Below, piece by piece: positions 1-8,800 of a DNA stretch of 47,384 nucleotides; positions within the stretch are counted from its first letter, which is position 1; every line of letters starts with the position of its first letter. The DNA lies in the IMG/VR virus record IMGVR_UViG_3300006805_000044, positions 1 through 47,384 of that record; one strand, written 5' to 3'. The position numbers and the translations under genes were made by a program. Below the pieces are notes generated by a model. That model made no database searches, had not been told where the DNA came from, and worked only from the letters and a program-made list of their open reading frames with translations. The DNA comes from a virus (lineage: Duplodnaviria > Caudoviricetes).

Positions 1-501
1 TACATCGTGTTCTCGCCAACAGGATCGTTCAAGACGTTCTCGCTGCGCATCGCTCAGGACGGCGACCTGCAGTACACGACGTTGACCGGTATCACGGCGC
101 GCGCCTGCGCGACGGATACGGCGAACGATACGCTGTGCTTCGTCGGCCCTGACGGCTCCGGCGCGATGCGCCGCCTATACCGTTTCGACGCTGCCCTGAC
201 GTTTCACTCGTACACCTGGACGAGCAAGGTGTTCACGTTGCAGGCACCGGCTAACTTCGCGGTTGCTCAAGTGTTCGCCGCATCCTATCCGTGCACGCTG
301 CAAGTGCTCGCTGCGAAGCCGACGACAGGCGGCGTGACCGGACCTATAGTCAGCGTGCTCACCAAGACCGTGACGAGCAAAGACCCGTTCCGCCTTCCGT
401 CCGGCTTCACCGCGCGCGAGTGGCAGCTCACGATCACCGGTACGGCCAGTGTGCAGCGCGTCGACATGGCAACGTCCATTGCTGAACTGAGGGCGCTGTG
501 A
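1..501 (+). CDS. Tail tubular/stabilization protein, C-terminal part (5'-truncated by window)
   Basis: Frame is open from base 1. C-terminal 'YTWTSKVF...PFRLPSGFTAREWQLTITG...V..V.MATSIAEL' resembles podovirus tail tubular B/stabilization proteins; lies directly upstream of the tail fibre gene. Confidence 0.6.
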   Translation, partial: YIVFSPTGSFKTFSLRIAQDGDLQYTTLTGITARACATDTANDTLCFVGPDGSGAMRRLYRFDAALTFHSYTWTSKVFTLQAPANFAVAQVFAASYPCTLQVLAAKPTTGGVTGPIVSVLTKTVTSKDPFRLPSGFTAREWQLTITGTASVQRVDMATSIAELRAL

Positions 502-2972
502 GCTCGCGGCGCACGCAGCATCCAGGGATACCGCCGCCCGGTCCATCGGTCGCCGAGCTGCACCGCACGGCAGAGCGGACGAAAGAGTCGCTAGAGGTTG
601 GCCTGGGCCGGCGCGGAGACCCGAACGACCGGTGGGTAACCGTTAGGGACCTGGAGGAAGCAGGGATCGTTGCCTCACTGGGCGGCGGCAGCTTCCGCGC
701 CGGCAGCTTCCCGTATGGCGGAGGCGGCAGTCAGGTTCCCGTCGACGTGCCAGGATCCATCAACGGCCTGCCGAACAACACGCCGCCGAACTACGGCGAG
801 GACGACTACACGCCGCCGCCGATGCCGACGAACGTCCGGTGCCAAGCCATCGCGCCGAACAAGATCATGGTCATCTTCGACCCGCCGCTGTACGGCAATC
901 ACGCGTTCAGCGAGATCTACTACATACCGGAGGCGACGGGGCAGACGTACGCTCAGTTCATCGCGGCGTCGGGACCGGGGTTCAATCCGACGAAGCCGTG
1001 CACTGGCGCGACGACAGGATCGAACCCGAACGCATTCTTCCGTGGTCGGTTCGACGGGTCGAATCCTGTGCTGGAACTGGCGGCCGGCGATAACCCTGGT
1101 GCAACCTCGCTCGGTGCTGCGCTGAACCCGCCGCGCCTCTATTTCTTCGTGCGCTTCGTCTCGCTGGCGAAGATCTCCGGCCCGTTCGGCCCGCAAGGCG
1201 TCGGTGCCGTCGCTCAGCCGTCCATCGACCCGGTGCGCGTGCTCGACCTGATGACCGCTAGCGTCACGGCTAGCGCCGTCTATACGAACCTGCGCGCGTT
1301 CATCGGCACGGACCCTAACGCACTGCAGCAGATCACGCAGAATGGCCGCGGCGTTACGGCGATCTTCAACGATACGGTGTCTCACGGAAACACGCTTGGC
1401 CAGCTCTGGACGGTGCGACAAGAGCGCACGCTGCCGGACGGGTCCATCGTGGCGGCTGGATTCGGCCTCGGTATCACCGAGGACACGACGACCGGCACAG
1501 CGCAGTCCCTGTTCGCGGTCAACGCCGACAAGTTCGCGATCATGGGGTCGGGGACTCCGTTCATCCCCGTGGTGAACTTCGCGGTATCCGGCGCCGATCC
1601 GACATTCTGCGTCGTCACCGTGACGAACAGCGCGCCGTTGCAGCTTGGCCAGTCGATCACCTTCAAGTCGAAGACCGGCAATTCACCGGTCGAGGATCTT
1701 GAGGGGGTCATCACGGCGCTGACTCCGACGCAGATCACGGCGCAGAAATCTATCCCCGGATACACCCCGGTCGGACAGCCTCCCGTATCGCCTAACTGGC
1801 CGAATGCCTCGGCGTCCAACCTGTTCGTGACGGGCGCCACCAATATACCGTTCATCGTCGACACGCTGAACTCGGCGGTCGGCATCCGCGGCAAGCTGAT
1901 TGTCGACGGCTTGATCCGCGCGACGGCCGGCGACTTCAATAGCCTGAGCGCGAACACGGCATTCATCGCCTCGCTGCGCGCCGGCATCGTGAATGCAAAC
2001 ATTATTGTCGGCCAGTCGATCATTGCCGGCGACGGGCTTCCGGACGGCGCCACGGTCAATGACATCAGCCAGGTCGATGCCTGGATCGTCCAGATCAGTC
2101 GCGTGCAGCCGGGCGGCTTCCCGCTGCGCATCTGGAATCCGAAGCGCTACACCGCGAATCCGAACGGCGGATTCCAGATCTTCGCCTTCTCGGCCGGGTC
2201 GACGCTGAACAACATTCCGCCTTCGCTGTATCTCAACGGCGACCTTCTGCTAGGCGGCAACGCGACAATCAATCTGCGCGACGGCGGAGCCGTTGGCATG
2301 GGCGCTAAGTCGCTTGACGGCACGCATTACACGTTCTGGTGCGGCGCCGATGGCGACTACGGAACGACGCGCGCGCAGATGGATGCGAACGGGGCGTTCT
2401 GGATCCGGCCGCGGCTGGTTACCGAGGTGGGCGGGCAGACGTTCCGGGCCGGATTCAATTTGGATCTGTTCCTGGGTCAGAACGCATTGGCGCTTCCGGT
2501 CATGACCGCTCCGGGATCGCCGAACCCAGGCGCATCAGTCAACGTCGACACGTTTTCCAAGCAAATTCGCGCGAATACTCTGGTAGAGCAGGCGGTTAGC
2601 AGGTCAACGATCCGTATCCGTGGACTTCGTGACGGCGGGAATGCAACTACCTTGGTGACTGTATCCGGTCTGCTGGTTTCATCCAATGTCGGAACCACCA
2701 ACAATGGCGACGACAAGATGTTCCGCCTAGCCGCCTACTTGCGTGACTACACCGGAGGAATCCCAGGCGGCGTATACCTGATCCAAGAGATCTACCAGGA
2801 CGACTACTCGCCGGAGTGCTATCCGTTCAGCATCTGCGCGCCCATCAACGCTCAGCCAGGCGACTACAAGGTCGAGCTCTACCTGGACCGCTACGATGAC
2901 CGCAACATGAGCATCATCAGCGGGTGGAACGTGGTCGCGTTTCAAGTGGCGACGAATGCGGCGCTAGCGTAG
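498..2972 (+). CDS. Tail fibre / host-specificity protein (DUF1983/J-like segment)
   Basis: 824 aa, G/T/S/N-rich and beta-rich; 'AAGFGLG...SLFAVNADKFAIM...PFIV...LIVDG' is typical of tip-attachment J/DUF1983 segments; GTGA-coupled to the upstream gene. Confidence 0.65.
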   Translation: MSSRRTQHPGIPPPGPSVAELHRTAERTKESLEVGLGRRGDPNDRWVTVRDLEEAGIVASLGGGSFRAGSFPYGGGGSQVPVDVPGSINGLPNNTPPNYGEDDYTPPPMPTNVRCQAIAPNKIMVIFDPPLYGNHAFSEIYYIPEATGQTYAQFIAASGPGFNPTKPCTGATTGSNPNAFFRGRFDGSNPVLELAAGDNPGATSLGAALNPPRLYFFVRFVSLAKISGPFGPQGVGAVAQPSIDPVRVLDLMTASVTASAVYTNLRAFIGTDPNALQQITQNGRGVTAIFNDTVSHGNTLGQLWTVRQERTLPDGSIVAAGFGLGITEDTTTGTAQSLFAVNADKFAIMGSGTPFIPVVNFAVSGADPTFCVVTVTNSAPLQLGQSITFKSKTGNSPVEDLEGVITALTPTQITAQKSIPGYTPVGQPPVSPNWPNASASNLFVTGATNIPFIVDTLNSAVGIRGKLIVDGLIRATAGDFNSLSANTAFIASLRAGIVNANIIVGQSIIAGDGLPDGATVNDISQVDAWIVQISRVQPGGFPLRIWNPKRYTANPNGGFQIFAFSAGSTLNNIPPSLYLNGDLLLGGNATINLRDGGAVGMGAKSLDGTHYTFWCGADGDYGTTRAQMDANGAFWIRPRLVTEVGGQTFRAGFNLDLFLGQNALALPVMTAPGSPNPGASVNVDTFSKQIRANTLVEQAVSRSTIRIRGLRDGGNATTLVTVSGLLVSSNVGTTNNGDDKMFRLAAYLRDYTGGIPGGVYLIQEIYQDDYSPECYPFSICAPINAQPGDYKVELYLDRYDDRNMSIISGWNVVAFQVATNAALA

Positions 2973-2981
2973 AGTTGGCAC

Positions 2982-3560
2982 ATGGAAAACTTCCTCACTA
3001 TCGCTACGGGCGTTGACACGACGCCGATACTTCTCGCCATCAAGCGTCGCCCCGAATTGTGGAAGGCCGACGATTATCTGAGAAACTACCCACAAGGACC
3101 ATTCAAGGAAGTCGAGTCAATCTTGCTTAGGTTCCCTCCGATCACTGTTGTCGAACTCCAGGAGGACGCCGAAAAGCTGTTGGCCGACCGCCGATACGAC
3201 CCGCACGAATGCGTGAGTCGCCCAGAAATGCAACAGGTTCCGGAGGCGCGAACACTGGCTATGATGCTCATGGCCAGGGTAGAGGGAGAGCGGCTTGGCC
3301 GAGTCATGATCAACAAGATTGTGCCAGGAGGCCGCATCTTCCCGCACGCGGATACGCCAGAGCATGCGGACTACTACACGCGATTCCACATCTGCTTGTA
3401 TGGACTGCCTGGGGCAACCATTCGTTGCGCTGATGAGCGGCGTTCGTTCCGAACTGGCGACGTGTTCTGGTTCAATAACAAGCTCGATCATGAGGTCGTA
3501 AACAACAGCGCCGAGGAACGCATCAGCATGGTGGTAGACATCAGGACTTCGCGCCCATGA
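2982..3560 (+). CDS. Aspartyl/asparaginyl beta-hydroxylase-family 2OG-Fe(II) oxygenase
   Basis: HxD (IFPHAD), RFHI, WFNNKLDHEVVN (distal His) and RISMVVDI (2OG-binding Arg). Confidence 0.85.
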   Translation: MENFLTIATGVDTTPILLAIKRRPELWKADDYLRNYPQGPFKEVESILLRFPPITVVELQEDAEKLLADRRYDPHECVSRPEMQQVPEARTLAMMLMARVEGERLGRVMINKIVPGGRIFPHADTPEHADYYTRFHICLYGLPGATIRCADERRSFRTGDVFWFNNKLDHEVVNNSAEERISMVVDIRTSRP

Positions 3561-4012
3561 TCACATATGACGTGGAACCGTGGCAGCAGTTCAAGCGAGA
3601 AGCGGCGCATTTGTGGCCGCGTCATTGGGAAGAGATCGCGATCAACCGCGACAAGATACGCTTGGCCGTTGACTACGACCGATACGACCAGCTTGACGCT
3701 ACCGGGCAACTTCATGTCGTTGTTGCGCGCAGTGACGGTGAAGTCGTCGGGTATCACCTTACCCTTGTGCAGCCTCATTTGCACTACGCCGATACGCTGC
3801 ACGGTTTTACTGATGTGTACTACATCGCTCGCGAATTCAGGCGCGGACGTACCGGAATAGACCTGTTCAGGTTCGTTGAAAAAAGCCTCAAGGCGCGCGG
3901 CGTGAAGAAGTTGTTCACGGGAACGAAGCTGCACATGGATATGTCGGCACTGTTCAAGCGCATGGGCTGGACGCCGACCGAGACCTTGTTTACGAAGTAT
4001 ATTGGAGACTAA
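3557..4012 (+). CDS. GNAT-family acetyltransferase
   Basis: 'TDVYYIAREFRRGRTGIDLFRFVEKSLKARGVK...LFKRMGW' matches the acetyl-CoA-binding motif A and C-terminal motif B. Confidence 0.8.
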   Translation: MITYDVEPWQQFKREAAHLWPRHWEEIAINRDKIRLAVDYDRYDQLDATGQLHVVVARSDGEVVGYHLTLVQPHLHYADTLHGFTDVYYIAREFRRGRTGIDLFRFVEKSLKARGVKKLFTGTKLHMDMSALFKRMGWTPTETLFTKYIGD

Positions 4013-4014
4013 CC

Positions 4015-4767
4015 ATGGTCGCAGCAATCGCCGCGGTTACTGTTGCCGCAGGTACGGCATACAGCGCCAATAGATCGAGTAGTGCTGCGCGCAGTGCGCA
4101 GCGCAGCGCAGATCGCAGTGCAGCCGAGCAGTCAGCTATCGACCGCGAGCGCCTTGACTTCTCGCGCCAGCAATACACCGACTGGCAGAACCGGTTCAAC
4201 CCGGTATGGGACCGCATGTCGTCGCTCGCCATGCAGGAAGAAAAGCCGGATTACGCTGCCATCAGCGCCGACGTTGGTGGAGCCTACGACTCTGCTCGCG
4301 GCATCCAGACGCGCAATATGCAGCGCATGGGCATAAAGCCCACCGATGGCGCGCAGCAGGCAGCTGATACGGCCTATGGTCTAGGTCGCGCCTCGTCGCT
4401 TGTCGATGCGCGAAACCGCGGACGAATGAACGCGCGTGAGCAGTATTTCAACCGCATCACGCAGCTGGCGAACATCGCCAACGGCGGCCAGGCGAACGCG
4501 ACGAACCTCGTCAACTCAGCCTATGCCGGCGCCAGCGGAGGCGCTGGCCAGCGCGCGGGGCAGCAGTACGGGCAGGCCCAGTATTATCAAGGCCAAGCGA
4601 ACCAGCAGTGGGCAGACGCGGCGTCAGCGTTTGGGTACGGCGTCGACATGTACAGCAACAGGCCGTCAAGTGGCGGTTACGGTATGCCAGGATACGGCCC
4701 AAGCTACGGCTACCCAGGCAACCCTGGCAGCGGAAACTGGGGAATGACTCAATGGGGAGGCGGTTGA
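4015..4767 (+). CDS. Putative internal virion / DNA ejection protein
   Basis: Hydrophobic Ala/Gly N-terminus, A/Q/G-rich helical body and GY-rich tail; sits between the GNAT and the large ejection proteins, as in podoviruses. Confidence 0.55.
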   Translation: MVAAIAAVTVAAGTAYSANRSSSAARSAQRSADRSAAEQSAIDRERLDFSRQQYTDWQNRFNPVWDRMSSLAMQEEKPDYAAISADVGGAYDSARGIQTRNMQRMGIKPTDGAQQAADTAYGLGRASSLVDARNRGRMNAREQYFNRITQLANIANGGQANATNLVNSAYAGASGGAGQRAGQQYGQAQYYQGQANQQWADAASAFGYGVDMYSNRPSSGGYGMPGYGPSYGYPGNPGSGNWGMTQWGGG

Positions 4768-4768
4768 T

Positions 4769-5869
4769 ATGGCCGGCATATTTGGTGGCTATCTCAGCGG
4801 AGTCAGGGCTGCGCGAGAGCAGAGGCGGCAAGATACAGAAGATGCCTATTTGGCGAACGAACGCGCCTATCAGCAACGGCGTCGCGGAGTGATTGACGAG
4901 CGGTCAGATCTAACTTTCGAGCAAGGCCAGACTGACCGCACGGAGCGCCTTACTCGCGAAGCCGAGGACCGTGATCGACTGGTAAACGTCGAACGCCCGC
5001 GCGCTGATCGGCTAGCTGACATGACTGAGCGTGCCGCCGCGCGGAAAGAGGCACGAGCGCCTATAGAGGACGCACGCGAGGATCAGCGCTTCTTGTGGGA
5101 GATGGACAAGAACGAGCGAAGCAAGCGCGAATCGGCGCTCCGCATGCAGGCTGAGCAATACGGACTCGACGAGAAGCGCATCGCTGCCGAAGCCCGCGCC
5201 GCCGCGGCCGCCTTCCGCCCCGTCCTGGCCGCCTATGTTCGCACTGGAGACCCGCGCGTCGTCGTGGGATGGGCGAACCAGACGGTAGCGAAGGATGATC
5301 CGATCACCATCGACCAGAACGAAGACGGCACGTGGTTCTTTAAGTCCAAGTCCGGCCAACCACAGACGCTCGGCACGGCTGACGACGTGATCCGCGTCGC
5401 GCGCATGATGACGAACCCTGACGTGTTCCTAGAAATGCAGGCATCGCAGGCGAAGGCGCGCGCCGAGGCGGCGCAGGCTGAGGCGGCCTATCCGGAGCGA
5501 TTCACGGAGATGGTGAATGACGAGACCGGCGCACTCCATTTGGTTGATGTACGGACGGGCGACTCCCGCCCGGTGACGCGCGACGGCCGCCAAGGCCCGC
5601 TCGTCGGTACGCGCAGCGGCGCCTTCGGGTCCCGCGCCGGTGAGCTGACGCTCGGCGTCCGCCGGCCGGCAGCAGAGGCCGGTGGCGGCGCTGACGTGCA
5701 GTTCGTCGAGCCGCCGCGCGGGCGAATTCCCGCGGCAACGTCGCCCGTTGGCCGCCAGCCGACTGCTGCTCCGCGCCGCCTCAACACCGCACCGCCTGAT
5801 GGCACTCGCGTTCAAGACCCGGATGGGCGAATCTACGTCGTCCGCAACGGCCAACCTGTCCCGGAGTGA
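4769..5869 (+). CDS. Putative internal virion / DNA ejection protein
   Basis: 'MAGIFGGYLSGVRAA' start, R/E/Q coiled-coil, small C-terminal beta module (PPDGTRVQDPDGRIYVVRNG); synteny. Confidence 0.55.
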   Translation: MAGIFGGYLSGVRAAREQRRQDTEDAYLANERAYQQRRRGVIDERSDLTFEQGQTDRTERLTREAEDRDRLVNVERPRADRLADMTERAAARKEARAPIEDAREDQRFLWEMDKNERSKRESALRMQAEQYGLDEKRIAAEARAAAAAFRPVLAAYVRTGDPRVVVGWANQTVAKDDPITIDQNEDGTWFFKSKSGQPQTLGTADDVIRVARMMTNPDVFLEMQASQAKARAEAAQAEAAYPERFTEMVNDETGALHLVDVRTGDSRPVTRDGRQGPLVGTRSGAFGSRAGELTLGVRRPAAEAGGGADVQFVEPPRGRIPAATSPVGRQPTAAPRRLNTAPPDGTRVQDPDGRIYVVRNGQPVPE

Positions 5870-5872
5870 TCA

Positions 5873-8800
5873 ATGGCGAACCCTGTCGACTGGTCGAATT
5901 TCAAGCCGATTGACGATCAGCCAGAGACGGTTCCGGCGAGCCCGGTTGACTGGGCACAGTTCAAGCCGGTCGATGATGGTCTGATCCGTCCAGGCAACAT
6001 TGACCTGAATACGCGTCCTCGCGTAAAGAACGCGGATGGGTCGATTTCAACTGTGCGCTCAATGTCCATCGGCACGGATGACGGAGAAGTGCTCATCCCT
6101 ACCGTTAGCGATGACGGCCGCATCATGGCGGACGATGAAGCAATCGACACGTACCGCCGGACTGGCCGCCAGCTTGGCGTATTCCGTACTCCAGAAGCAG
6201 CAACGCGTTACGCAGAATCGCTGCATGAACAGCAGGCGAAGCAGTACGCCGAGCCTGATCAAGGCGGTGTCGACTGGGGTGACTATCGGGTCGTGTCAGA
6301 ACCGGGCCTGCTCGACCGCTCGCTGAACTACATTCGTGACCGGGCTCAGCGGACGCGGAATGAGATCGCCGACACAGAGAAGCATATCGGCGGCCTATGG
6401 GACCGCAATGCCGGAGGCATGGTTGGTCAGATTGCTGGCGGCGTTACTCGATTCATTGGCGAGGCCTCTAAAGAGGCGCCTCAGTACCTCGACAACCTTG
6501 CAAAAGACGCGGCCGATTATTCGGCTGTTGTCGGGCAATTCGCTCGCCCGTACGGTGCCCAGGTAGCGCTCAACAACGCGATACAAGGGTCGGCCCAAAG
6601 AGAAGCGTCCATTGACCGAACGCCAAATGATTTGGCCAAGGTAGGGATCAACCTGGCTGATCAAGGTAGATACCAGTACGAGCAAGGCGTGCTTGCCTCA
6701 AAGGTAGAGAGGCCGGAATCCGTTTTTGAAAGCCCTCTGCAAGCAGCAAAGTATTACGGAAACGAGGCCCTTGGCTCGATCATCCCCATGGGTATTGCAG
6801 TAGCCCAACCTGAGATTGGTCTATCCCTCATCGGTGCTCAGGCGTTCGGCGGGGAATACAACAAGCGTCGAGATGAAGGACTGAGTATCGGTGAAGCAAC
6901 CGCATCCGGCGTCATCCACGGCGCCGCCGAAGTCATCCCGGAGCGACTTTCGCTTGGCCTGATCCGTGGCCAAGTCGGCCAGGCGCTCACTCGCGTATTC
7001 GGCGATAAGGTGGCCGAGGCAGTGGCGAAGAACGTCGTCGCCCGCGCCGCTGCGGGTGCAGCAGGCGAAGGCATCAGCGAGGCAGTTACCCAGGCCACGC
7101 AAGACCTAAACGACATTTACCTGCAGGGCGACGACATATCGCGCGAACAGTTCCTGCGGAACCTGAAAGATGCTGCGCTGACCGGCGCGGCGATGGGCGG
7201 TCCCATGGCCGGCGCGCACGCCGTAGCGACGCGTGCCGTTGAGCAGCGTGATCTGACGCAGCCTAACGCGCCAGCCATCAATGAGCCGCCGGCAGTAGCC
7301 GCAGCGATTCCTGTTCCGGAAGTGGTTAACGCTGACCCTGGCGCTATTGCGCGAGCCATGGCCGCACCGGAGTCGCTGGAAGATCCAGCAAGCCTGAACG
7401 CCATGATGGCGCAGCGGATGGCGGCGGCATTTCCGGAGGAAGCGGCAACGCCGCCGGATCCGGCTGCCGAAGCGGCACCTGCGCCGCCCGAGCGCCAGCG
7501 CTTCGATCCGGACTCGCGCGCCGCACTAAACGAGCCGGCGGAGATACAGGCCCTGGTTGAGCAGGACGGCCTCACCGAGGAACAGGCTCGCCGGGTTCGC
7601 GAGAGACTGACTCGGCCGGCCGAGCGCGATCGCGTGACCGGGATGTATCGCTCCGAGGAACTGGATCGCACGATCCAGGCCGTTCAGGACGCAGCAGAGC
7701 CAGGCCTGTACGTCGAAGCGGACTTCGCGAACTTGGGCGGCGCGAACGCTAAACTCGGTACGAGTACGGCCGACAAGCTGTTGCGCGAGTTCGCCGATAC
7801 CGTGACAGCTGAGTTGCAGGACGCGGGTGACATCGTGCCTATCCGCAAGGGCGGCGACGAATTCGGCTTCGTGATCACCGGCGCATCGCGCGATGCCGTC
7901 GAGTCCGCCATGAACGTTGCGCGAGCGAAGTTCAACGCGTCTATGACCGCGCGCGGCCACGGGAACATCCCTCATCCCAAAGGCGGCGCAGCCGGTGTAG
8001 GATTCAACTACGGTATTTCTGACATTGCCGCCGGAACGTCTATCGGCGACATTCTGAAAGCCGCGGATACGCAGGTCGAAGCACGCAAGAAAGGAGCTGG
8101 CTATGAGCAGCGAACGCCGCTTGAAACGGCTAGGACTGGATTCGACACCGGAAGCGGAGTTGTCCGAGGCACTGGCCAGGGAGGCGGAGGCGGCGCTCCA
8201 GCGTTCTCAGCAAGCGCACCAGCGGTGGCGAGAGCAGAATCCGGAGAAGGCGGCGGAGTACGACCGGAAAGTGGCGGCGCTGGCGATGTAGACGGCCAAG
8301 ATAGGTCGGCTCCTGAGCCCATTGAACCGACCGTAGCTGAACTTGAGGCGATGCCTAGCCAAGGCGATCGCTTGGCCGCGCGCGAGCGTTACTACGACGC
8401 CATCCGCAGACGCCTCGACGTTATGCAGCGGACGACACCGGATGCCGCCACTAGCTCGCCAGAGTCTGTCCGCCTGCGTCAGGACCTGGCCCGCTATGGC
8501 CGCATGCTTGGGCGGCCGACTGAGGTTGCAGTTCCGCCGAGCGGTATATCTAGTTGGGCTGAGCGCTCCGGATTCGGCAGAACTTGGGACGATAGCACGC
8601 CGCTGCATGATCGCCCGATGGCTGCAGAAGGGCTCACTAGCTACCGTTACAGAGGCCCGCTTGGCTGGATCATGGCCGCTGCAAACAGCCACTCTGAGGC
8701 ATTGGCCGAGGCGCAGCGCAGCATCAGCGATCCGCGCGTGAAGGCTTCGGCGGAAAACCTTCAGATATGGGATGGCGCGAAGTACGTGCCGGCCACGGAA

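Noticed and set aside
498-2972. Diversity-generating retroelement acting on the tail fibre
   Set aside because: No reverse transcriptase gene and no template/variable repeat pair seen in the window.
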